A DNA stretch of 29,211 nucleotides. It comes from a virus (Duplodnaviria > Caudoviricetes). This document shows, in pieces, positions 8,362 to 16,867 of the stretch. The position numbers and the translations under genes were made by a program. The DNA lies in the IMG/VR virus record IMGVR_UViG_3300031965_000117, positions 1-29,211 of that record; one strand, 5' to 3'. The stretch's first letter is position 1; every line of letters starts with the position of its first letter. The notes under the pieces were generated by a model. That model saw nothing but the letters and a program-made list of their open reading frames with translations, ran no database searches and was not told where the DNA came from.

Positions 8362-10097
8362 TGGCTCGAAGCCGAAACAGCTCGGCGAAGAGCGAGCAAA
8401 AAAAACGCACGCGCGGCAGGTCCCAGGTAATCCAGCCCAGTACCAGGGTGTACCAAACATGGACACCTGCACGCATTCGCGCCGTTGAGCTTTCCGCGGA
8501 CTCCGGCAACCTCAGAGAGGTAGCCAGACTTTGCGACTGGCTGCTCGGCGACGAGGAAATCCAGGGCGGCCTGCACACTCGCGTACAAGCGCTATTAGGT
8601 CTCAATCCAACCTTCATTCCGGCGGGCGACAAGCGACGCAAGTCACGGGTCATTCGGCTGCTCAAAAACTCCGACTGGTGGCCGAGCTATCCAGAGAATG
8701 AGCTTGCTCAGATTCACACCTGGGGATTGATAGCCGGGTACTGCCCTGGTCGTCACCAGTGGCTTTCGCCAGAGGGGTATGATGGCAGGTTGCTGCCAAA
8801 CCCAGAGTTTTGGCACCCTCAGCACCTGCGGCTGGACTGGAACACACGTCAGTGGATGATCCGAACCATCTCTGCGGACGCTCAATCAAAGGCAGGTGCT
8901 GGCACCGAGCAGGTGTTGACACCAGGTGACAGCGAGTGGCTGCTGCATATGCCCTACGGGGTTACGCGGCCGTGGTCACTGGGACTGTGGCGCGGATTGT
9001 CGCGCTGGGCGCTGCTGAAGGCATACGCGGTTGCGGACCTGGGACGGCTCGGTGAGAGCGTAACCCGGAACGTCGTAGAGGAAGAACGCTCTGACGAGTA
9101 CAACGATGCCTCGGCGAAGGATCTTCGCCAAGAGCTGGCGGACGACATAGCGCAACTGGGTCGCGACGGGACGCTCGTTCTTCCCACTGGCTTCTCATAC
9201 AAGCTAGTTCAGACCTCAGCATCAACCCACGAACTTTTCAAACTCCAGGTAACCCTCGCGAACACTGCGATTGCTATCGCAATCCGCGGCGGTAACCTGA
9301 CCACGAACACAGGACAGTCCGGGTCGCGTGCGGCTGCCGAGGTGCAAGAGCGCCTTGGAGACAAGGCCAAGCTGCGGTTCGATGCGCAGTCGCTTTCGAC
9401 GTTCATTCACGACCAGAGCCTGATCTGGTGGGCAGAATTTAACTTCGGCACCCAGGCGGTGACGCCCTGGCCGAAGTACCCGGTCGACCCGAAAGAGGAT
9501 ACGAAAGTAAAGGCCGAGTCGATGGACTGGGCTGCGGTCGCCGCTTCGAAGTGGGTCGCGCTTGGCTACGAACTTGACCGCGAAGCATTCGCTGAAGCCT
9601 TCGACGTTGCAGAGTTCCTGACTCCGACGGAAGGGCCTGCGTCAAAGCCAGTTGAGGCGCAAGGTCAAGACGATGGAGAGACCGTTGACAAGGACGACGA
9701 AGATCGTGAAGAATCAGCTCGCGGAGCTGGTCAGGAAAAGGCTGGAGCGGGAGATAGTAAAGTCAATAGTTCCGCCAAAGGTCGTGACATTCGAGGTGCA
9801 CTTGCCGCTCGTCTTGCCTCCGGAGCCCAGCTCCGAGGGAATGAGGGATTCCTCTCCGGCCAACTGTATGCCGACAAGCTAGTCGACGAGGCAACGCCTG
9901 CAGCCGTCGCTGCGCTTGCCCCAGTAATTGATGGCATCATCGAGGACCTGGACGCCGCAGAAGACTACGAAGACCTTCGCCAGCGGCTTCACGCCCGCTA
10001 CGAGGGCTTGAACCCTGACGAACTCAATAGGCTTGTCTATCAGACGATGTTGCTAGGCAACCTGGCCGGGCGGGCTGCGGTCAACGAGGACTCGTGA
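8361..10097 (+). CDS. Portal protein (Mu gp29 / DUF935-like)
   Basis: Follows TerL; 'AIRGGNLTT...GSRAAAEV' and C-terminal 'AEDYEDLRQRL...NLAGR' resemble Mu gp29 portals. Confidence 0.88.
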   Translation: MARSRNSSAKSEQKKRTRGRSQVIQPSTRVYQTWTPARIRAVELSADSGNLREVARLCDWLLGDEEIQGGLHTRVQALLGLNPTFIPAGDKRRKSRVIRLLKNSDWWPSYPENELAQIHTWGLIAGYCPGRHQWLSPEGYDGRLLPNPEFWHPQHLRLDWNTRQWMIRTISADAQSKAGAGTEQVLTPGDSEWLLHMPYGVTRPWSLGLWRGLSRWALLKAYAVADLGRLGESVTRNVVEEERSDEYNDASAKDLRQELADDIAQLGRDGTLVLPTGFSYKLVQTSASTHELFKLQVTLANTAIAIAIRGGNLTTNTGQSGSRAAAEVQERLGDKAKLRFDAQSLSTFIHDQSLIWWAEFNFGTQAVTPWPKYPVDPKEDTKVKAESMDWAAVAASKWVALGYELDREAFAEAFDVAEFLTPTEGPASKPVEAQGQDDGETVDKDDEDREESARGAGQEKAGAGDSKVNSSAKGRDIRGALAARLASGAQLRGNEGFLSGQLYADKLVDEATPAAVAALAPVIDGIIEDLDAAEDYEDLRQRLHARYEGLNPDELNRLVYQTMLLGNLAGRAAVNEDS

Positions 10098-11620
10098 CGT
10101 GGTCGGTCACGGCGAACCCTAAGCGGTTCGAGGATGCGATACGCTGGTTCCAGCGTCGCGTCGTGCTGGACAAGCTCGAGGCGATTGCCTTGGGCGCCGA
10201 CGCATCGTATCGAGCTTTCTGGATCGGTGGAGGGCTCGAGCTCGAGCAGGTCGGTCGAGTCTTCGACGAGATTGACATCGCCCTGCAGCGCGGTGAGCCG
10301 TTCAGTGAGTGGCGTGAGCGAGTGCGGGATACGCTCCGCGACGACGTCCACGCGGAAACCGTGTTCCGCAACGCAGTCCAACAGGCGTACACGGCGGGCC
10401 GTCACCGCCAAATGTCAGATCCCGAGGTCCTACGGTTCAGGCCGTATTGGATGCACGACTCGGTGCTCGACTCCCGCACAACCGAACAGTGCCAGACGCT
10501 CGACGGGCTCATCTTTCCTGTCAACCACCCTCACTGGCGAACTCACTGGCCACCGGGACACCACCGTTGTCGGCGTAGTGTCCGCAGTCTCCGCAAGAGC
10601 GAAGCCGAGCGCAGGGGTATCGCTACCGAAGAGCCAGACGTCTTCGTCCCCGAGGGCTGGGGCAGACTGCCAAGCGCGGCGCCCAGCTGGAAGCCGAAAG
10701 GCAAAGGTAGGCAGCGCAAGAAGCTCGTTACCGAGCTCGAGCAGAAGAAGCGCAAGCGGGACGCGAAGAAGCCCCCGAAGGCAAAGCAGAAGAAAGGCAC
10801 TGCTCCGCCGCCATTGGTCGCCAGGTCCAAGGAGTTCGAGCAGGCAGTGCTCACGGGCGACTGGGCAAAGGCCCGAGGGATTATCCGCGAGCACATCGAG
10901 CACACGCTCCCCGGCACGACGTCGAAGGACATCGAATACGGTAGGTCGCTAGCCAGCGCGCTGCGAATCGAAAACCAAGCGAACGCGAACGGTGCTCACG
11001 ATTGGACGGGCGAGATAATACTGAGCGAGCGCACGCACGGTGCGCTGGTTGCCGCATCTAGGTCGTTATCGGCCGGCACGTATCACGACCCCAAAACATT
11101 CCGCACGACGGCATACGAGCGGTACCTTGAATACCGCCACAGCGGGACACCAGACCCGGTCTCTGTGCTGGACGCTCTCCGCACTCTCTTCCACGAAGAG
11201 CTCCATGGCACCACCCGCCTGATTGGCAGAAATTATCGCGGAGCGAACGCGGTGCTGGAAGAGGTCGGTGTCGAGCTCAACGCTAGGCGAATGCTCCGGT
11301 CGCTCGGCGACGACATGGGAAAGTTCCTGGGTCCGGTTCAGGCAACCGGGATTGGTTCCTACGACGGCTACATCATTGCAATCCAGAAGATCCTGGTAGA
11401 GGACGCTCCTGGATTAGATCGCTCGAAATCGGTCACTGAGCATATCACCGAGGCCTTTCAGCGCGGAATCACGACGAAAGGCGCGGATTTTACTGGCCAA
11501 GACGATTACATCGAGGCCTTTGTCAAGGAGCTCCCGGCGCCGGCCGACGAGCGTGCTAAAGTGAAAGCGCGACTGAAGAAATTGAAGGCCGACCACCTAC
11601 CCGAGAGCCACCGCGATTAA
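10094..11620 (+). CDS. MuF (SPP1 gp7-like) minor head protein with C-terminal zinc metallopeptidase-like domain
   Basis: MuF motifs 'ETVFRNAVQQAYTAGR...RPYW...VLDSRTT...C..LDG...WPPGHHRCRRSV'; Lys-rich linker; C-terminal 'TLFHEELHG...LEEVGVE'. Confidence 0.88.
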   Translation: MTWSVTANPKRFEDAIRWFQRRVVLDKLEAIALGADASYRAFWIGGGLELEQVGRVFDEIDIALQRGEPFSEWRERVRDTLRDDVHAETVFRNAVQQAYTAGRHRQMSDPEVLRFRPYWMHDSVLDSRTTEQCQTLDGLIFPVNHPHWRTHWPPGHHRCRRSVRSLRKSEAERRGIATEEPDVFVPEGWGRLPSAAPSWKPKGKGRQRKKLVTELEQKKRKRDAKKPPKAKQKKGTAPPPLVARSKEFEQAVLTGDWAKARGIIREHIEHTLPGTTSKDIEYGRSLASALRIENQANANGAHDWTGEIILSERTHGALVAASRSLSAGTYHDPKTFRTTAYERYLEYRHSGTPDPVSVLDALRTLFHEELHGTTRLIGRNYRGANAVLEEVGVELNARRMLRSLGDDMGKFLGPVQATGIGSYDGYIIAIQKILVEDAPGLDRSKSVTEHITEAFQRGITTKGADFTGQDDYIEAFVKELPAPADERAKVKARLKKLKADHLPESHRD

Positions 11621-11814
11621 TGCTGTATCTAGGCGAACCCGACTTCGATGACATCGAGCAAGCCGCTCGACTGTGGCTTAGGTACGAGGAAGCTGGCGGC
11701 CTGGACCCGGACGCAACGCACATGTTTTTGCAGATGTGTGAGAAGCCCGATGACGTGCTGGCGCGCGCAGAAGCCATTAAGGCTGAGCAGTCAGCAGCCC
11801 AAGTCGCGCAATAA
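11620..11814 (+). CDS. Small acidic protein (64 aa), candidate immunity protein of the MuF C-terminal domain
   Basis: TAATG coupling to MuF, followed by hairpins/terminator; role inferred from MuF toxin-immunity gene organisation. Confidence 0.6.
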   Translation: MLYLGEPDFDDIEQAARLWLRYEEAGGLDPDATHMFLQMCEKPDDVLARAEAIKAEQSAAQVAQ

Positions 11815-11849
11815 ACAAACGCTAACGACGCCTTCTGGCGTCACTTTGC

Positions 11850-11874
11850 AGCCTCGCTAACCCCGGGGCTTTTT
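11850..11874 (+). terminator. Rho-independent terminator
   Basis: Stem AGCCTCG / CGGGGCT (one G-U pair), 7-nt loop, T-run; second hairpin GACGCC-TTCT-GGCGTC at 11827-11842. Confidence 0.7.
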
Positions 11875-11922
11875 CATGCCCGGAGCGCGCCCGCTGCCGC
11901 TCCTGCGCTCAAGGACACACTC

Positions 11923-12192
11923 ATGCCTGTCGACCTATATGCTGGCCATGAGCCGGGACTCGGTGGTTTCTCCGACGACTTCGAGGTCATCACACCGAGC
12001 GACGACGAAGATCTGCCAGTCCTCTACAAGGCAATCGTCGTCGGGGCCACTGGGGGCGCGGTCGTCGTGCACAACAAGGACGGCGACACGGTGACGGTTT
12101 TCGGTATCGCAGGCCAGGCACTCAATGGCGTTAGGCCGAGGCGCATCCTCGCTGCCGGGACGGACGCAACGCCGTTGATCGGCATCAAGTAG
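11923..12192 (+). CDS. Head spike base protein (RcGTA Rcc01079-like)
   Basis: 'ITPSDDEDL...AIVVGATGG.V.V...GDTVT...G......RRILAAGTDAT' matches the Rcc01079 family pattern and size; AAGGA RBS. Confidence 0.75.
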   Translation: MPVDLYAGHEPGLGGFSDDFEVITPSDDEDLPVLYKAIVVGATGGAVVVHNKDGDTVTVFGIAGQALNGVRPRRILAAGTDATPLIGIK

Positions 12193-12217
12193 CCGTTAGC
12201 CAAATCGGACAACACTC

Positions 12218-13621
12218 ATGAGCACCAACGTGGAACACGGCTGGACGGTAGCACTGCGTCAACCGGCAAAGGACAAGCTGGAGATCGATATCTACGATGA
12301 TATCGGGCAGGGGCTGTTTCTGGACGGCGTAACGGCGAAAGACGTTCTCGGGAAACTGCGAGACGCGCCGAAGGCCAAAGACATTGAGCTTCGGGTGAAC
12401 TCTGGTGGCGGCATCCTCGACGACGCTAAGGCCATGGTGAACCTGCTCAGTGGTCGCAAGGGGCAGGGCGCAACTATCGCGGCATACGTCGACGGTATCG
12501 CAGCAAGCGCTGCGAGCTACCTGCTTACGGTGGCCGATAAAGTCGTTGTGCCAAGCAACGCATTCCTGATGTTCCACTCAGCGCGAGCAGTGCGCTTTGG
12601 GACAGCCAACGAGATGTCACGAGCGGCTGAGCTGCTTCAAAAAACGGACACTCAGCTCGCCGAAGCATACGCCGGTGCCAGTAAGCGACGCGGCAAAGAC
12701 AAGACCACAGACGACTTTCTGTCAGCCATGAAAGATGGCGACAAGTACCTGACTGGCGCGGAGGCTGTCGAGTGGGGACTAGCAGACGAGACAACGGAAG
12801 AGCTGCAGGCGGTCGCTATGCTGGCTGATGTTAGCCGTCTGCAAGGGGCGCCAAAGCAGCTGGCTTCCGCTCCGTACATAGTCGCCAGCGCCAGCGCGAA
12901 CGTTCCAGCCTCGGCGCTGACAACAGAACAACCCATCACTCCGCCAAAGCAATTGGAGCTTCCGGCGGTGAGCAACGACTCCCCGAACGGGGACCCTACT
13001 CCAACCCGTTTGGAGGGAGACGATATGGCATTTGCAAAAATACTAACAGTCCTAAACCTGGCCGAAAACGCCACCGAAGACGAGGCGGTCGCCGCGATCC
13101 GCAAGGTGCAAAACAGCGTCGCTTCGGCATCGGAGATCGAAACGATCTTGGGCGCTACCGGCCAAAAAGCGGTCGGTATGGTGCGCGCTCTCAAAGAGCA
13201 GGAAGCGCGAAACGAGGAGCTCGCCGGCAAGGTCGAGGCACTCGAAGTCAACGGAGCACGCGCGCGCTTCGATTCTCTGCGCGCACAGGGCATGAAGGAC
13301 CGGAAGCTGACGGCGCCGATGGCGCAGCGCTACGTCGACAAGTTCGAGAAGGCCGTGAAGCTCAACGAGGACGGCACTCGCAACTCGACGGGCGAGGACA
13401 TCGTCGAGGACCTGCAAGGGTTCCTTGAAGTGGCGCCCCGTATTGTCGCGGCTCCCGTATTGCAGCCCAGCGAGGGCGGCGAGCAGGGAAGCGGCCGCGC
13501 GACACACAACAGCAAAGCCTTCGAGGAGATGAAGCCGCTCGAGCGAGCGCGTCTCAAGAAGGACAACCCAGAACTCTACAACACGTTGCGCACAGACGCG
13601 CTGCATCGCCGGGCAATCTGA
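12218..13621 (+). CDS. ClpP-type (S14) prohead protease fused to scaffold domain
   Basis: 'RVNSGGG', 'YVDGIAASAASY' (Ser), 'FLMFH' (His), 'YLTGAEAVEWGLADE'; C-terminal coiled coil. Confidence 0.9.
   Translation: MSTNVEHGWTVALRQPAKDKLEIDIYDDIGQGLFLDGVTAKDVLGKLRDAPKAKDIELRVNSGGGILDDAKAMVNLLSGRKGQGATIAAYVDGIAASAASYLLTVADKVVVPSNAFLMFHSARAVRFGTANEMSRAAELLQKTDTQLAEAYAGASKRRGKDKTTDDFLSAMKDGDKYLTGAEAVEWGLADETTEELQAVAMLADVSRLQGAPKQLASAPYIVASASANVPASALTTEQPITPPKQLELPAVSNDSPNGDPTPTRLEGDDMAFAKILTVLNLAENATEDEAVAAIRKVQNSVASASEIETILGATGQKAVGMVRALKEQEARNEELAGKVEALEVNGARARFDSLRAQGMKDRKLTAPMAQRYVDKFEKAVKLNEDGTRNSTGEDIVEDLQGFLEVAPRIVAAPVLQPSEGGEQGSGRATHNSKAFEEMKPLERARLKKDNPELYNTLRTDALHRRAI
13025..13621 (+). 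CDS. Nested in-frame scaffolding protein (internal start)
   Basis: Strong RBS GGAGGGAG at 13012-13019 before in-frame ATG (MAFAKILTVLNLAENATEDEAVAAI), a Mu gpZ-like scaffold start after a Pro-rich linker. Confidence 0.7.
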   Translation: MAFAKILTVLNLAENATEDEAVAAIRKVQNSVASASEIETILGATGQKAVGMVRALKEQEARNEELAGKVEALEVNGARARFDSLRAQGMKDRKLTAPMAQRYVDKFEKAVKLNEDGTRNSTGEDIVEDLQGFLEVAPRIVAAPVLQPSEGGEQGSGRATHNSKAFEEMKPLERARLKKDNPELYNTLRTDALHRRAI

Positions 13622-13660
13622 GCCCGCTGAACATCTACCTGAAACCAAGGAATCCGAGAA

Positions 13661-14953
13661 ATGGCTCAGACCACTCAAGCGGACATGTTCGATGTCCAGA
13701 TCCTAATGGACACGATCCGCGGCATGGCGCGCGGAAAAGACGCCTTCATGGGCTCGCTGTTTACATCGTCCGGAGCCGTCGTCGTTGACGGCAGCATGCC
13801 GGAAGGTGGGCGTAGCGCGATCGGAAAGACGATCGACATCCCTTACTTCGGCTGGATTGGGGACTTCGTCCAGAACTCAACCGACGGCGCAGCCGTGGTG
13901 CCCAGCAAGATCGGGCAGGGTTCGGAGCAGGCCACCATCGATCGCTACTCGCTGGCGGCGGAGGTGACGCGCTGGGCACAGGGCATCGGCGCGGTAATGC
14001 CGGGCTCCGATACCGATCCGTACGTCGAAGCGGCACGCCAGATTCTGGCGTCGGCTACCAGAACCATGGATCGCCTCATCGTGACCGAGTTTGCCACAAC
14101 GCCGCTCGTGATCGACCTGTACAGTTCAGCATCTTCAACCGCGCGCTATCTGGACTGGGACCTGATCAACAGGGCGACCGCGCTGTTCGGCGACGAGGAA
14201 GACGACATCGTTGCAATGTCGGTGCACTCGCGAGCCAGAGCCGACATGGCCGGGCTGAAGGACTCAAAGGGTCACCCGCTACTGCTCATGAATCAGACCC
14301 AGGGTCAGCAGCAGGCGAGCCGCTTCAACGGCATCCCTCTCGTGGTTTCCGACCGCACGCTGCTCACTGGATCCACCATGACCAGCCCGATGGGCGAAGA
14401 GGGCACCACTCCGCCTGACGTCACCCTGGCCGGAACTCCGCTCGGTCCGTGGCGTCTGCAGATCAACATCACCACGGGCGGCGCTTCCGATGGTACGGCG
14501 AAGTTCACCTTTTCGACGGATGGCGGGGCTACCACCAGCGCCATCTTGACGGTGCCGTCTGGCGGCGGAGCAATTGCCCTGACCGACACGGCATTGGACT
14601 CGCTGGTAGGTGTCAATGGTGCAACTGGCATAACTGCCACGTTCACCAACAGTACCTACAACGCGGACAACGTCTATCGTTCGATCGCCAATATCAAGGC
14701 AACGTCGCTCATTGCGCAGCGCGATGCAGCCGCGTTCTGGTACAATGCTGACAGGTTGGGTCTGCAATCAGATGTCGACATCCTGGCGGACACCGACATC
14801 ACAGCGAGCCATCTGTACTACGCCACCAAGTTGTACAGGCGTCGACGGGGCGGAAGTCGCCCAGGTTGCGTGGCGATCAAGCACAACATTCGCGGATTTG
14901 TTGGCGGCGCTCCGACGTCGGCCACTGGCGCGGATTGGTTGGCGGCGGCATGA
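13661..14953 (+). CDS. Major capsid protein (HK97 fold) with inserted beta domain
   Basis: Follows protease/scaffold; AAGGA RBS; 'GKTIDIPYF..IGD', 'LFGDE', 'MSVHS', 'FNGIPLVVSDR', 'DVDIL' capsid patterns. Confidence 0.88.
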   Translation: MAQTTQADMFDVQILMDTIRGMARGKDAFMGSLFTSSGAVVVDGSMPEGGRSAIGKTIDIPYFGWIGDFVQNSTDGAAVVPSKIGQGSEQATIDRYSLAAEVTRWAQGIGAVMPGSDTDPYVEAARQILASATRTMDRLIVTEFATTPLVIDLYSSASSTARYLDWDLINRATALFGDEEDDIVAMSVHSRARADMAGLKDSKGHPLLLMNQTQGQQQASRFNGIPLVVSDRTLLTGSTMTSPMGEEGTTPPDVTLAGTPLGPWRLQINITTGGASDGTAKFTFSTDGGATTSAILTVPSGGGAIALTDTALDSLVGVNGATGITATFTNSTYNADNVYRSIANIKATSLIAQRDAAAFWYNADRLGLQSDVDILADTDITASHLYYATKLYRRRRGGSRPGCVAIKHNIRGFVGGAPTSATGADWLAAA

Positions 14954-15294
14954 TCACCGCGCGCAGGCTAAGGGAAAACGCGGAGCGAGAACGACAAGGT
15001 ATCGCCCCGCGCGGCCCCGCCCCGCCCACGTCGATCGCGTTCACCGTTCACCAGCAAGAGGTAGCAAAGCTCAACATGGCGCATGCTCGCGAGTTGTCGG
15101 CGTTGCGTAAGGAGCTTGGTGGCGACGGCGACAAAGCTCTCAGGGAAGAAAACGCCCAGCTCAAGGCACGGGTGAAGGAACTCGAGGCGGACGTCGCGCA
15201 GAAGTCGAAAGACGTCGACGAACTGCTCGCGGGTTCCAGCGTGAAGGCAGAGGCCAAGGGCACCAAGAAGGGGTCGTCTCGGTCCCAGGGGTGA
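14950..15294 (+). CDS. Hypothetical coiled-coil protein
   Basis: ATGA overlap with capsid stop; heptad stretch 'LREENAQLKARVKELEADVAQ'. Confidence 0.65.
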   Translation: MITARRLRENAERERQGIAPRGPAPPTSIAFTVHQQEVAKLNMAHARELSALRKELGGDGDKALREENAQLKARVKELEADVAQKSKDVDELLAGSSVKAEAKGTKKGSSRSQG

Positions 15295-15297
15295 CCG

Positions 15298-15561
15298 ATG
15301 GCGACTCTCAACAATCTGCGCAGGTTCTACCTGCATAAGTCGCTGTGGGCGCTGCAAACCTTTGACAACACCGCTGGCGTTTGGCGCGCCAAGCAGGAGG
15401 CTGTCCCGGGCGTAGCGCTCGCCGCAACCTTTCCTTACCTCAGCAAGCTTGCTGAGTGCGGGTACACAACAGAAGAAGACCTGGACGGCGCCGACGAAGC
15501 GGAGCTTTTCGCGGTCGGTTTTACCACTACGGAAATCGAACAGATTTTGGCCGCGCTCTGA
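15298..15561 (+). CDS. Small protein with C-terminal HhH/Rad51-N-like helical motif
   Basis: 'KLAECGYTTEEDLDGADEAEL..VGF....IEQIL' resembles NusA-AR/Rad51 N-terminal motif. Confidence 0.55.
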   Translation: MATLNNLRRFYLHKSLWALQTFDNTAGVWRAKQEAVPGVALAATFPYLSKLAECGYTTEEDLDGADEAELFAVGFTTTEIEQILAAL

Positions 15562-15577
15562 CGGCATCGAGGAAACC

Positions 15578-16126
15578 ATGCCTTACGACTCACAATCGAA
15601 CCACTACGAACACCGCAAGAGCGTTGAGCTTTCGCTGCACGACTTTCGCGAGGTGACAACGGCTGGAGCTGTTGGCGCCATAGCCGCAAACGGCGGACTG
15701 CTTGCGTCGGACACCGATCCGGTCATGGGCGCTGAAACTACCACGGAGGCGCACGCGATCATCTGGGCCGCGGGGAACTCCGACATCATCCAGTGTTCGA
15801 AGGTTCTTCCTCCGGACTTTAGCGGCAAGGACGATGTGCTGATCGAGCTGTGGGTGCTCACCGACAACACTGGAGGCGGATCCATCGAAGCCGGGACATT
15901 CTCCGTGCTCACCAGCTGGGATAACGCCGCGCAGGTTACCGACGCTGCTACGGATTCCGTGCCGGCGACGACGGTCCACAAGGTTACCGCGACCGTTGCC
16001 GCAGCCGACATCCCGGACAGTCCGAGTTTCGTAAATATTCAGCTCGTCCTTGGGACGCACGCCAACGACCCGGTGCATCTGTTGGCCGGTCGCGTGAGCT
16101 ACGTGCCCAAGGTGTTCGCGGCGTAA
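15578..16126 (+). CDS. Putative virion structural/decoration protein (beta-rich)
   Basis: GAGGA RBS; Thr/Ala/Val-rich beta pattern; located between capsid and adaptor. Confidence 0.6.
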   Translation: MPYDSQSNHYEHRKSVELSLHDFREVTTAGAVGAIAANGGLLASDTDPVMGAETTTEAHAIIWAAGNSDIIQCSKVLPPDFSGKDDVLIELWVLTDNTGGGSIEAGTFSVLTSWDNAAQVTDAATDSVPATTVHKVTATVAAADIPDSPSFVNIQLVLGTHANDPVHLLAGRVSYVPKVFAA

Positions 16127-16138
16127 CTCGGTCACCAA

Positions 16139-16867
16139 ATGGCCGAAGCGCTCGCTATTGTCCTGGCTGCGTCGGCGACAGTAGTCGCAAACGGTCAGGG
16201 CGCCGCGGTAGACATCGGGGCCAGGCGCACCGTCCTCGTTCTCGACGTTGACGTCACCGGCTTGGCCGGGTCCAGCACCTCCGTAGTTCTCTACGTCGAG
16301 ACGTCGGCGACGGGGGTAGGAGGATGGGCAGTTGCTGCCAAGCTTGACCAGGCGATTGTGTCGGAAGGCCCTATCGGTTGGAACGTTGGACGTTGCAAGC
16401 AGTATGTACGCCTGCGCTGGGAACTTGGTGCTACCACCACATCGGCAACGTTTGCGGCGTCCGGCGTGGCACACGTCGTCTACGCTGGACCGGAGCACAT
16501 TGAAAGCGTCGGTATACCCGCAGACGCCCTTGAGGACATTGCCGAGTCCGACTTGGTCGCTGGCTGTATAGCAGCCACCAGTGAGGCAGACGGGTACCTT
16601 GGCAACGGACTCGCGTTGCCGCTCCAATCGTGGGGGGAGTCGTTGACGCTGCAGTGCGCGCGTGTGGCTGTTTGGAATGCCGTTTCTTTTCGCGGCTTTC
16701 AGCCCGAAGGCCCCGACCAAGCCATCCGGGACAACTGGAAGGCGGCGATCCGTTGGTTTGAACGTATTGGCGCCGGCACCCTGAGTCCGCCCGACGTAGT
16801 CGACTCTACGCCGGATGAATACGACGCTGGGTCAGCGATCGCGAGCGCCCCAATAAGGGGCTGGTAA
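16139..16867 (+). CDS. Head-tail adaptor (Mu gp36 / DUF1320-like) with extra N-terminal beta domain
   Basis: C-terminal half 'YAGPEH...AATSEADGYL...LPL...CARVAVW...WKAAIRWFERIGAG' is gp36-like. Confidence 0.8.
   Translation: MAEALAIVLAASATVVANGQGAAVDIGARRTVLVLDVDVTGLAGSSTSVVLYVETSATGVGGWAVAAKLDQAIVSEGPIGWNVGRCKQYVRLRWELGATTTSATFAASGVAHVVYAGPEHIESVGIPADALEDIAESDLVAGCIAATSEADGYLGNGLALPLQSWGESLTLQCARVAVWNAVSFRGFQPEGPDQAIRDNWKAAIRWFERIGAGTLSPPDVVDSTPDEYDAGSAIASAPIRGW

Noticed and set aside
10134-10952. 272-aa alternative-frame ORF inside MuF
   Set aside because: Ser/Arg-rich off-frame translation with no RBS or motifs
15590-16720. 376-aa minus-strand ORF
   Set aside because: Antisense shadow of two well-supported plus-strand structural genes; no motifs; expected in GC-rich DNA
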